From NCBI GenBank assembly GCA_038087875.1, contig CM075988.1:18912001-18976000 (forward strand): a DNA stretch of 64,000 nucleotides. The letters run 5' to 3'. The notes under the pieces are model-generated. The model searched no databases, was not told the origin of the DNA, and saw only the letters and a program-made list of their open reading frames with translations. Shown in pieces: positions 47,091 to 59,358 of the stretch. Made by a program: the position numbers and the translations under genes. Numbering within the stretch: position 1 is the stretch's first letter; the number at the start of each line of letters is the position of its first letter. Source of the stretch: Malacoraja senta. Lineage: Eukaryota.

Positions 47091-50000
47091 TATGTCCTAT
47101 CCTACTTGACCTCTCAAAACGCTACACCTCGCACTTTGAGACGCCCATTATGAAGAAGTGTCCTGACCCGAAATGCCTCTCATTTCCTTTCACTGATGCT
47201 ACCTGATCTGCCGAGTTCCTCCAGCACTTTGTGTTATGCTCAAGACTGCAGCATCCACATTTTCTTGTACGTTACCTCACACTTTTATCTACCAATGCTC
47301 TGCTTAATTTTCCATCTGAACTACAGGTTTTGTTTGGTTCAGAGATACAACATGGAAACAGGCCCTTCGGCCCACCGAGTCCGTGCCGACCATCGATCAC
47401 CCGTTCACACTAGTCCTATGTTATCCCACCGATACATCCACCCTCACGCACTAGGGGGCAATTTACACGGGGCCAATTAACCTACAAATCCGTACGCCCA
47501 CGGGATGTCACAGGGAGAACGTGCAGACTCCACACTGACAGCAGCCGAAGACAGGATCGAACCTGGGTTTCCGGCGCTGTGAGGCAGCAGCTCTACCACT
47601 GAGCCACTGTGCTGCCCTATAAATAGTGCTGTGGTGCTGGACACTTTTCACAACACCACTAGCCTTTGTCACCTTTATGAACTTACGAACCACACACTCA
47701 CATCATAGTCACTAAAATAAAACAGATCCAGCCTGTTCATTACACAGTTTTACCCCGCCTGTTTCCACAGTTTAAAGTTTGCATTTGCTAATGTCAGCAA
47801 ATTTGTAACCTAACCTACAGCGTAATTTCTAACTACATTGATTTAGGGGAGGGTGTTAATGACTGTAGATGCATTCAGAAACAATGACGTGCCTCGCGGT
47901 AGAATCTTTCTGGATGAGTGAATTATTGTCGGTTAAAATGTCTTCCTTGTCAATAAGCATCTTGTGAAATTCAGTCCACCAAAGCAAAACTCCAACCAAA
48001 CAACTTGTCTAACAGATGCACAATTTCGAACACACTGTGAAGAGACGATGTTGGTGGGCGAAGGGCCAAGGGGGTGATGCGTGGCTGATTAAACCCGGTG
48101 CTCCGGTTTCTTCCCACACTCCAAACACGTACAGATTTGCAGATTGTAAATTGTCCCTAGTGTGTAGGATATTGCCAGTGTATGTGATTGCTGCTCAGCG
48201 TGGGCCAAATGGCCTGTTTCCATGCAGTATCTCCACAGTCTGACGTCCAAAGCCTTACTTAGCTTCTGCAAATTGTCCCTGGTCTGGGGGAGAGTGAATG
48301 AGAAAGTGGGATAACATGGAACTAGTGCGAATGTGTGAATGATGGTTGGTGTGGACTCGGTGGGCCAAAGGGGCCTGTTTCCATGCTGTATCTCTAAACA
48401 CTTTGAAAAAGCACTAGGATTTGTGGTATAATAGGAATCAGGATAGAGTCGCAACGTCATACAGCACAGAAACAGGCCCTTCGGCCCAACCTGTCCGTGC
48501 CGACCAAGATCCCCCATCTAAGCCAGTCTCATTTACCTGTCCCTGGCCTATATCCCTCTAAACCTTTCCTATCCATATACCAATCCAAATGTATGTTAAA
48601 TATTGTCTTTATATCTGCCTCAACTACTTCCTCTACAGATCATTCCACAAACACCTCACCCTCTGCATGAAAAGGTTTCCCCCTCAGGTTTCTATTAAAC
48701 CTTTGCCAACTCACCTTAAACCTATGCCCTCTGATTCTTGATTTCGCTATCCGAGGAATAATGCTCCGTATAATTCTGTACACCCGCTATAAGATCACCC
48801 GTCATCCTCCTGCCCTCCAAGGAATAGAGTCCTGGCCTGTCCAGCCTCTCCCTGTAGCTCAGGCCCTCGAGTCCTGGCAACATCCTCACAAATGTGGGAT
48901 TAGTGAAGAGAGATGGGGCTGAAATGACTGGTCTGCCGTGATCTTATCGAATGACACAGCAGCCACAAGGGCCCGATTCTTTTGAGTTCTTTTATTTCTG
49001 CATTTGAGGATGTGGTTTTAGTGAGTGCTACCTTAACAACTTGTAAAATTGGGATGAAAGGATTGACAATGTATTTACTTCAACCCAGGAGAATGTGACA
49101 TTACGAAGATTATTGCTCTGTCTCCCTGATGCTCTGTGACATTTCATGTGTGGGCTGTATGTAATAAAGAGGATTACACTCCTGGTTGTTAGATTCATAC
49201 CAACACAGACCTTAAAACCTGCCTGGAAAAATTGCTGAATTCTTGCATTCCCCGCAGCTGTAATTATATTACCAAGTTTACTCCCGATAGATAACAATCA
49301 ATATATCAAGGATATTACATAATGGTGTATCAAAGCATTGAGGGGACCCAACATGTCAAAGTGCAACAGAAGTAGGTAATCATTTTATTAAATAAATTAC
49401 AAATTCTTCGCTGCAGCAGCGGTAAAACCTGTTCCTTAACACAAGCAAGAAATCTGTCTGTTTGCAAATCCCCTGATCACCTGGGATTAAGTCCGATGCC
49501 AAATCCAAATACTGCAGATGCAGTATTTATACACTGCAGTGTGGATGTATAGGAAGTTGGTGAGGCCGCATTTGGAGCATTGTGTTCATTTGGAGCTATA
49601 GAGTCATACAGCAGGGAAACAGGCTGCCTGTTCCGACAGTGACTAGCAGTGTTCCACAGGGGTTGGTACTGGCCACTGTTCTTCACGTGGTCTATCAATG
49701 ATTTGGATGGGGAATTGAAGGCATTGTGGCCAAGTCTGCAGATGATACGAAGATAGGCGGAGGGGCAGGTAGTGTGGAGAAAACAGGGGCTCTGAAGAAG
49801 GACTTGGACAGGTTGGGAGAGGGGGCAAAGAAGTGGCAGGTGGAATACAGTGTAGCAAAGTGTGGAGACATGCATTTTGGTTGTTGGAATAAAGGTGTAG
49901 ACTATTTTCTAAATGGGGAGAGATTCAGAAATCTGAAGTGCAAAGAGACTTCGGAATGCTGGTACAGGATTCCCAAAAATTCCCCAAATGTTAATTTGCA

Positions 50001-50149
50001 AGTTGCATCAGTAATAAGGAAGGCAAATGCATTGCAAACAAATAATGCATCTGCTGTGCCACTGTGCCTGCCCAAATGTTAGCAGGACAAATGGTGAAAC
50101 TAAAGCTGGATTAGGAAAAGGTATAAATGTGGGAAGTAGAATGGGAAGT

Positions 50150-50460
50150 AGGGTGGCACGCTGGCACAGCGGTAGAGTTGTTGCCTTACAGTGCCAGCGA
50201 CCCGGGTTCATTCCTGACTATGGGTGATTGTCTGTACGGCGATTGTAAATTTTCCCTGGGACCTGCGTGGGTTTCCTCCAGGATCTCCGGTTTCCCCCCA
50301 CACTCCAAAGACGTACAGGTTTGTAGGTTAATTGGCTCGTTATAATTGTAAATTGTCCTTAGTCTGTGTCGGATAGTGTAAGTGTGCGTGGATCGCTGGT
50401 CGGCGCGGACCCGGTGGGCCGACGGGGCCTGTTTCCACGCTGTATCTCCTTGCCTAAACT
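50150..50460 (+). mobile_element. HE1-type SINE
   Basis: Full head, core and tail. Confidence 0.8.
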
Positions 50461-51967
50461 GAGGATTATTACCTGGAATTGTTGAACTCAGCATTCTGCC
50501 TATAATTTGCTACTTGAGCCGTTGTTGCGGCTCGGTGTTGAAGGCCGAGGATAGAAAGATGAGATTAAACAACAGATTAAACTGGCGGATGACTGGAAAT
50601 TCAGGCTTGCTTGTTGGTTAAATTGAAATGTTCTTCAAAATGGTGGCCAGCAACATTAGTCTCCACTCCACCACGTAGAGAGTATGCGCTCAGCATTAAG
50701 CAGATTGGTGTCCGATCGATTTCAACCTTATGTTCTTATTTATCAGTAAGATATTTCAATCAACAAAGAAGCTCCACAAATACAGATCAGCCATAACATT
50801 GGCAGAGCATCAATTTAAGCATTAGCAGCATGAGTTGCACTTGGGTAAATAAAACCAAAGTATTAAATTAAATAACCTGAATGGCATTCTCAATTTGGAC
50901 AATGAATTACATTAATCTGGAATGAAACCTAGCAACATAATTGGAAGACCTCTGCACTGTAAAATCCCCCATCTGTTTCAAAGGGACACCAAGTGCTGGA
51001 GTAACTCAGCAGGTCAGGCAGCATGGCAGTCTGGAGAACATGGATAGGTGATGTTTCAAGTCGGGACCCTTCAGATATCGGGAACCGAGTTTTATGAGAC
51101 CCTCTCTCCCTGCTTCCCCTCTGCGGAGTCTGAAGAATGGTCTTGACCCGATACGTACCTTCAAAATGGAGATGAGGAGGAATTAATTCAGCCAGAGGGC
51201 GGCAAATCTATGGAATTCATTGCCACAACATGGCAGTGGAGGTCAAGTCATTGGGTCATTCCATCTGGAGTTATCGGAGTTATCTACCGATGACTGGGTC
51301 TCTACTTCCGGACATGAAAGATGCTCCTGATGGTCAGGGGGGTCCACAGTCTGCGGGGCACAAGGAGGAACATTTAGGAATGAAATGAGGAATAATCTCT
51401 ACACCTGCAGAGTGACAGATCTGTGCCGTTCTCTGCCACGGAGAATAATCGAGAGCCAACTCATGAACAGTAATCTGGTGGGAGTTAGATGTGGTTATAT
51501 GGTTAGAGAGAGTGAAGGATGTGTGGGGAATGCAGCCACAGCGTAGTCAATGGATCATGTTGAAGAGAGGCCAGGCTCCCATTCTACTCCTGCTCCCATT
51601 CTACTCCCTGTTTCTTTGTTTATATGCTACTATAAGGCCTTGTTTATACATTATCTGCTCTAAGCAGCAACGACAGACACTTAGAGAATGGAACTGAGGC
51701 TTGGTCGAGTCATTGAGTCATACAACACGGAATCAGGCCCTTTGGCCCATCTCGTCCATGCCGACCGAGATGCCCCGTCTAAGCTAATTCCATTTGCTAG
51801 CATTTGGCCCATATCCCTCTCAACCTTTCCTTTCCCTAAAGTGGAACACAGCATCACAAGTACTCAAATGTGTAGGAAGGAACTGCAGATGGTTGCTTAA
51901 ACCAAAGATAGACACAATAAGCTGGAGTAACTCAGCAGAACAGGCAGCATCACTGGAGAGAAGGAAT

Positions 51968-51999
51968 GGGTGACGTTTCGGGTCGAGACCCTTCTTCAG
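51968..51999 (-). ncRNA. Minimal hammerhead-ribozyme core in a Penelope-derived repeat (best-preserved copy)
   Basis: Minus strand reads CTGAAGA-A-GGGTC-TC-GACCC-GAAA-C-GTC-ACCC, i.e. CUGAnGA, helix II, GAAA and a GUC triplet. Confidence 0.6.
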
Positions 52000-52061
52000 T
52001 CTGAAGGCGCTGTAAGGAAGCAAGTCCACTGCTGTGTGTGGGGCAGGAAGGTGTGGCCCTC

Positions 52062-52261
52062 NNNNNNNNNNNNNNNNNNNNNNNNNNNNNNNNNNNNNNN
52101 NNNNNNNNNNNNNNNNNNNNNNNNNNNNNNNNNNNNNNNNNNNNNNNNNNNNNNNNNNNNNNNNNNNNNNNNNNNNNNNNNNNNNNNNNNNNNNNNNNNN
52201 NNNNNNNNNNNNNNNNNNNNNNNNNNNNNNNNNNNNNNNNNNNNNNNNNNNNNNNNNNNNN
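52062..52261. other. Assembly gap (200 N)
   Basis: Run of n. Confidence 0.99.
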
Positions 52262-52651
52262 CAGGCCACCAAATTCATTTCATACCAAGCAGAGTACAGT
52301 TCACTTACGGCGTAGACTCACAGTTCTGGACTCACCTCTCACTCACAGTCTTCCAGGGTGACTGACTCACATCTGGCCTCCGGGGCTTTATACTCCTGCC
52401 CCCCCCAGAAGGGGCGTTACCTTCATCATGGTGATTGACAGGCAAGAGGACCAATCAGCTGATCTCAAGATATTTTAAACATTCATAACTTTTTTATTTT
52501 TCATCGATCGGAAAAATCCTCGGGGCTGCCTCAGCGGAGGAGGACTGTGAGTAAGATGGCCAAAAATAGCGATATATGGTAGCGTTTTTTTCTAAAATCA
52601 ATATACAGCGCAGACAGGAAGTGGTCAAGATGAGACTTTTAGTTATATAGA
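52262..52651 (-). mobile_element. Non-autonomous Helitron, 5' part (3' end in or beyond the gap)
   Basis: Minus strand begins A|TCTATATAACTAAAAGTCTCATCTTG, similar to the Helitron start at 57941. Confidence 0.6.
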
Positions 52652-52668
52652 TGTGTGGCTTTGGACAG

Positions 52669-52764
52669 TAGACAAAAATGCTGGAGAAACTCAGCGGGTG
52701 AGGCAGCATCTATGGAGAAAAGTAGGCGACGTTTGGGTCGAGACCCTTCTTCAGACTTTGTCTT
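52669..52764 (-). mobile_element. 96-bp Penelope-derived hammerhead mini-unit
   Basis: 17-bp TSD TGTGTGGCTTTGGACAG (52652-52668 and 52765-52781); core agtctgaagaagggtctcgacccaaacgtcg. Confidence 0.75.
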
Positions 52765-54364
52765 TGTGTGGCTTTGGACAGGTACATGGATAGGAAAGGT
52801 TTAGTCTACCAGTGTAGATGGGGCAATTTGGTTGCCATGAGCAAGCTGGGCCGAGTTCATAAGCTGTTGGAGCAGAATTAAAAATATCCATTGACTTGGC
52901 TCCACAGCCTTCTGTGACAATTAATTCCTCGGATTCACCACCCTCTGACTAAAGAAACTCTTCCTCATTGCCTTTCTAAAGGTACGTCCAGTTATTCTGA
53001 GGCTATGGCCTCTGGTCCTAGACTCTCCCACTAGAGGAAACATCCTCTCCACATCCACTCTATCCAGGCCTTTCACTACTTGGTAAGTTTCAATGAGTCC
53101 CCCCACCCCCCCCCCCCCTTCCCACCCCGTTAGCCGAGGACCTGTTTCCACGTTGTATGACTTTATGACTCAATGCCTCTGGAGGGTTAAGAGATAATTT
53201 AACGTAAGTTTTTAAGATATAATTAGCACTGCTCTTCTGGAACTGCAGTGACCTGGTTTGATCCTGATCCCCCGGAGCTTTCTGTGTGGTTTTCAAATTG
53301 CATTATGGTGAGAGTTTCCATAGCCTGAATAATTTTTTTAATGGAGTATAGGATGGCAAGACGTGACCTTATTGACGTGTACACGATCAGGAGGTGTAGG
53401 GAAGTTTGTTCCCCAAGGGTGGAGAATTCAAATCTAGTGGACATAGGCTTATGGTGAATGATTCAAGGATCCCAGGGGCAACTTTGTCATTCAGAGGGTA
53501 GTCTGTATCTGGAATAAGCAGTCAGAGGAAGTGGGTACAATTAGGACTTCAAAGACATTTTGACAGATATGTGGATCAGGAGGATTTAGAGGGATAAGGG
53601 CCGAATTCAGGCAAATTGGACAAGCCCAATATGTCAACTTGGTTGGCATGGACTAAGAGGGCCGAAGGGCCTGTTCCCATGTTGTACAGCTCAATGACGA
53701 TGAAGGGTGTTTCCAAAGATGGGTTCCGACTAGAAACGTCACCTGTTCCTTTTCTCCGGAGATGATGCCTGACCCACTGAGTTACTCCAGCATTTTGTGT
53801 CTATCTATGACGATGGCATTGTGCTGTGTGACTGTAGGGAATTAAGGAGCTGCTGGGGTTGACATGACTCCATGTGTCAAATGGCCTCTTCTGTACCCTG
53901 GTAAGAAAGGAAATAAGATGCCAAGGGGTAGTTTAAGATGAACAGAGGAAAACATGTTCCATTCTTCGTTTCAGAGTCCAACCGCGGTGGAAGTTGTGTG
54001 GGAAGGAATGGCAGATGCTGGTTTACACCAAAGAGAGACAAAAAATGCTGGAGTAACTCAGTGGATCCGGCAGCAACTCTGGAGAAAAGGAAGAGGTGAC
54101 ATTTGGGGTTGAGACCCTTCTTCAGACCTCAAAACGTTGCCTATTCCATTTTCTCCATAAAATGCTGCCTGACTCGCCGAGTTACTCCAGCATTCTGTGT
54201 CTATTCTCGGGTGGAAGTTGTTTGATAATCAGATGCAGGCACGTCAGGAACATTACCAGAGCAGAGTGTGAGGTGTCAGATGGAAATCGATGCATGCTGC
54301 CATTGAATATTTTTATAGCTGACCTTCCTAGTGTAGAATTAGATAACTGATCACAAGATTACAA

Positions 54365-54835
54365 GAATGATTCCAGGAATGAGTGGATTAGCATACAACG
54401 AATGTTTGACAGCACTGGGCCTCTGCTCGCTGGAGTTTAGAAGGTTGAGGGGGGACCTCATTGAAACTTACAGAATAATGAAAGGCATAGATAGAGTGGA
54501 TGTGGAAAGGATGTTTCCACTGTTGGGAGAGTCTAGGACCTCAGGTCACAACCTCAGAATTAAAGGGCGCTCTTTTAGAAAGAAGATGCGGAGGAACCTC
54601 TTTAGTCAGGGAGTAAATCTGTGGAACTCATTGCCACAGAAGGCTGTGGAGGCCGTCAGTGGATATTTTAAAGTCAGAGATAGACAAATTCTTGATTAGA
54701 ACAGGTGTCAAGGGTTATGGGGGAAGGCAGGAAAATAGGATTAGGAGACAGAGATCAGCCATGATTGAATGGTGGTGTGAACTCGATGGGCTGAATGGTC
54801 TAATTCTACTCCTATAACTTGTGAACGTGAACTTG
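54365..54835 (+). mobile_element. CR1 LINE 3' fragment
   Basis: MIPGMSGLAY...EFRRLRGDLIETY...NLWNSLP. Confidence 0.85.
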
Positions 54836-54849
54836 TGATTAGCCCCAAT

Positions 54850-55120
54850 CGGCACAGTGGCGCAGTTGGCAGAGATGCCGCCTCACAGTGCCAGAAACCC
54901 AGGGTTCGATCCTGACCTCAGGTACTGTCTGCGTGGAGTATGCATGTTCTCCCCTGTGACTGTGAGGCTTTCCTCTGGATGCTCCAGTTTCCTCCCACAT
55001 ACCAAAGCCTCCTAGTGTGCAGGGAATGAATGCGAAAGTGGGATAAGGTAGAACTTGTGACCGGCGCGGACACGGAGGGTTAACGGACTTGTTTCTGCCC
55101 TGTATCTTTAAACAAAATTA
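54850..55120 (+). mobile_element. HE1-type SINE
   Basis: tggcgcagttggcag A box and ggttcgatcc B box. Confidence 0.75.
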
Positions 55121-56469
55121 AATGGGATAGCATCACAGGTGTGAGGGGCAGGAAGGCATTCACCAGTTCCTAAAGTTTACAACAGAGTACAGTAATAATA
55201 TCTATTCCCCTCAGTGCTTTTTTTGTCGAAAAGGGGTGTTAGTACGCAGATGTAGTTTTTAAAGTTTTATTGATGCTGGTATGCTGTACAGGTGTATACC
55301 CTCACAAAGCTCTCCTTCCCTGTACCTTAGTAACAAGATGCAGGCTGGTATGCATGAGATTAATATGAGTTTCATGATTTGCAATGTGTGGTTATGCGTC
55401 GATGTATTATATAACATGTTCTTTGTTTAGCCATTCGTCTGGGGAAGGATCCCGAACCGAAACGTCACCTGTCCACATTCTCCACAGACGCTTTCTGACC
55501 CACTGAGTTACTCCAGCACTTTGTGTCTTATTTTGTAAACCAGCATCTGCAGTTCCTTGTGACTACATTTTGCCCGCTCTTTAATGATCAGCTTCAGTCA
55601 GACTGAGTTAATCTGGTCATGCAACCTTGCATCACCGAGGATTATTTGACAGCTTCACATAAACAGATCCCACAAGGCTGACCTCGTTCCTGCCTGACCA
55701 ACATTTTACACTGCCCTCTGTTTATGGATGTGCTGCTCTGTTTTCCAAACTGGATCTCATTCAACTCAATAAAGCCTCATTTGTTTTTTCCCCCCAAAAG
55801 TTAAAACGCATGCAGGGATTAACTCTGCTGAGAGTTGGAATGGCATCAACCAGAAATAGGTTTTTTAAAAGTGTTAATTGCATAATGGTGAATTGGAGAT
55901 AGATCACTGGACTGAATCTCTGATTATTTTTCCCCACAACCATCAACTGTTACAGAAGAAACACTCGCATTACATTAATTTCAGAGTTGGTGAAGTCTGT
56001 GTGCAGATAAATGGGAGTGAACTAAGGGATTCAATGGGGCAACAGTGTCAGATAATTTATTGCACTCCTTTTACAGCTACATCTCATTTGTCCCTATAGT
56101 ATTTTTGTCTCGTGGATTCGCTCTGAACTACCCGCGCTGAGTGACTTCAAAGTGAAAACATTGGTGCTCCAAATATGACTAAATAGTTAATTACACAGAG
56201 CTGTGAGCTGGAAGCTTCGCTGTTCAGACTGTAAAGAACAGGTAACTGTGAATAAAGTGATAGTTCTCCCCTCGTGATGTATCTTCTGGTGAAAATGAGT
56301 TAAGAGAGTGATTAGACATCCTTTCTGTTTAACGAGGGTGTTCATGGAGGTGAAGCCAAGGGGCTGGGGTAGCTGATAAAGATGGCAGAACTGCAATCAG
56401 ATGATGGGGATCTAGAGTGCAAGCATCAGGAGGGAAACACCTTCAATCCTGGACCTGAGACCAGAGAAG

Positions 56470-57710
56470 AGTACAGAGGAGGAACAGGCTCTTCAGCCCA
56501 CCATGTCCATGCCGCACCTGATGCCAAGTTAAACGAATCTGCATGTGATCTATTTCTCACCTTTCCCTGAATGTCCATGTGCTTATACAAAAGCCTCTTT
56601 AATACCACCATTGTATCCGACTCCATCACCACCCTTGGCAGCACATTCCAGGCACCCACCACACTCTGTTAAAAAAAATACTTGCCCCACGTAACTCCTT
56701 TAAACTTTGCCCCTCTCACCTCAAAGCTATATCCTCTGGTCTTTGACATTTCCAACCTTGGAAAAGGTTCTGACTGTCTAGACAATAGACAATAGACAAT
56801 AGGTGCAGGAGTAGGCCATTTCACCCTTCGAGCCAGCACCGCCATTCAATGTGATCATGGCTGATTATCTCCAATCAGTACCCCGTTCCTGCCTTCTCCC
56901 CATATCCCCTGACTCCGCTATTTTAAAGAGCCCTATCTAGCTCTCTCTTGAAAGCATCCAGAGAACCTGCCTCCACCGCCCTCTGAGGCAGAGAATTCCA
57001 CAGACTCACCACTCTCTGTGAGAAAAAGTGTTTCCTCGTCTCCGTTCTAAATGGCTTACTCCTTATTCTTAAACTGTGGCCCCTGGTTCTGGACTCCCCC
57101 ATCTACCCTATCCATGCCTCTCTTAATTTTATGAACTTCAATCACGTCTCTCCTCAGTCTCAGATTTTCTAGAGAAACCATTCCAAGTTTGTACAATATC
57201 TGATAGTTGATACCCTGTGATCCATGCAGTAACCTGGTAAACTTCTTCAGCCCCCTCTCCAACGCACTATAGAGAATGCTGCCATCCACGGGGACAATGT
57301 GTGGGAGGTGGGAGCAGTAAAAGTATGGTGGGACTAATGGGAACAGTGAGAGGGAGATGGGAATTGGTCATGTCATAAGGAATAGTAGGCCATTCGGTCC
57401 ATCAAGTCTACTCCGCCATTCAATCATGGTTGATCTATCTCTCCCATCTAACCCCATTCTCCAGCCTTCTCCCCATAACCTCTAACACCTGTACTAATCA
57501 AGAATCTATCTATCTCTGCCTTAAAAATATCCACTGAGGGCCTCCACAGCCTTCTGTGGCAAAGAATTCCACAGATTCACCACCCTCTGACTAAAGACAT
57601 TTCTCATCCCCTTCCTAAAAGAACATCCTTTAATTCTGAGGCGATGAACTCTAGTCCTAGACTCTCCCACTAGCAGAAACATCCTCTCCACATCCACTCT
57701 ATCCAAGCCT
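56470..57710 (-). mobile_element. Nested and adjacent CR1 3' fragments
   Basis: An older CR1 (56470-57270) is interrupted by a younger CR1 3' end (56778-57100, (gacaata)n tail); a third CR1 lies at 57370-57710. Confidence 0.75.
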
Positions 57711-57940
57711 GGTCTCAGAGATTGGGAATGGTGAGAGAGACAGATCAGATCAGCAGTGAGAAACGGGAACAGTGAACAGTGAATAATAAGAAAAGTGAGA
57801 GTAAAATGAAGGTGGGAACTGCAAGAGGGAGATGGGGATGTTGTGATGCACATGAAGTGAATCACAATGTATTGGGATTGAGACAGCAAGGAAACTACAA
57901 CAGACAGAAGAATCTTGCAGATCTTATAGAGATGATCGTA

Positions 57941-59358
57941 TCTCTATACTTATAAAACTCTGATCTTGGATGTGTGTGTATTTGCGTGTGTGTGTGATGT
58001 TCGTGTGCGTTTCACATCTTCTCGAAAACATGACACGCTAACGTTGACATTTTTACATATTCTGATAGAGATTTACGCCATGATGTCAAAAATTGGCTTA
58101 TCTGAAAATTTCATGCATTATTTCTCGAGTTATTTATGAAAATGTTCATAAATCTCAAATAACTTGGAAAATAAATGTGATGGTCTCGCTGAAGATGTCA
58201 CAATGGATCTGACTGCCTGCCTCTGCTCACGCTGCGAGTGACGTCACCCCTGTTCTGTCTTCTGTACTTCTTGGCTTCTTAACTTTTACTTCTTTAAATT
58301 CATCACTTAGCATTGTTAAACTGCTGCTCAGGTCGTGCTGCGTGCTCCACTGGGCTCCTTGAAGTTCTAGAACATGGCGGCGGCGGTCGTTATCGCCGCG
58401 CGGGCGCGGGGCTGCGCGGTGGGAAGGTGGCCTGGGAGAGGCCTTCTATGGAGACCTGCGATTCCTCCGTTGATCGCAGGGACTCGGGGAATCGCGACGC
58501 CTTTTCCTCGCTGGTGATCCCGATCCCACCTGGCGATCTCTGTCCGTCACAGGGGACGACCTCCTCTCCATCCCCCCCACCCGATTGTCAATCACGCGGG
58601 TGGGTGGGCTTCCCCTCACGGAAGCCACGATCAGCCGGCCCTCTGCTGCTTTTGACCGTCCTCAGATCACGCCCGCCCCGCGGCCTCCCTCGAGTCTCCG
58701 CCGCCCGCTCGCCATGGGCCCCACAGCCCGGCTCCCATCCTCCTCTCCCTCCCCCTCCTCCTCTCCCCCCCCTCCCTCCTCTCCCCTCTCCTCTTCCCAC
58801 CCCTCCTCCACTCATCCATCCTCCTCCCTCCCCCTCCCCTCTCCCCCTCCCCTCTCTCCCCCCTCCTCTCTACCCCCCTCCTCTCTCCCCCTCCTCTCCC
58901 CCCTTCCTCTCCCCCTCCTCTCTCCCCTCTACTCTCTGTTCCCCCTCACCCCATCCCTCCCATCCCACTCCCCCCTCCCCTCCCCCCTCTACCCCCCTCT
59001 CCCCCTCCCCACCCTCTCCCCCTTCCTCTCTCTCCCCCCTTTCCCCCCTCTCTCACCCTTCCCCTCTCCCCCCTCCTCTCTCCCCCTGCCCTCTCTTCCC
59101 CTCTCTCCCCCTCCCCCCTCTGCTCCCCCTTACCCCCTCTCCCCTCCCCTCCACTTCCCTCCCCCTCCCTTTACCCCCCACTCCCCCACTCTCCCCGTCT
59201 CCCCCCTCTCCCCCCACACCCCCCTCCCTCCTCCTCTCATCCCCCTCCCCCCCTGTGTGTGTGGGGGGTGGTTAGTGTGTGTGTGACGTCACAAGCCGCC
59301 CCACCCCCCGCAACCGCGCCTTGAGGGGACGGGACCCAACGGGTCCCACTTGGTCTAG
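57941..59358 (+). mobile_element. Non-autonomous Helitron (~1.4 kb)
   Basis: Starts TC after A; ends with hairpin GGGACCC-AAC-GGGTCCC (59331-59347) then ACTTGGTCTAG; splits a CR1 (atcttatagagatg / gatgtataaaatcatgag). The base after CTAG is C, not the canonical T. Confidence 0.8.
58735..59253. repeat. Polypyrimidine (C/T) low-complexity tract
   Basis: About 520 bp of CCT/CCCT/CT units. Confidence 0.95.

Noticed and set aside
51820..52365. ORFs containing X runs
   Set aside because: They span the 200-N assembly gap.
58313..59286. 320-aa and 233-aa Pro/Ser-rich ORFs
   Set aside because: Artefacts of the C/T low-complexity tract inside a Helitron.
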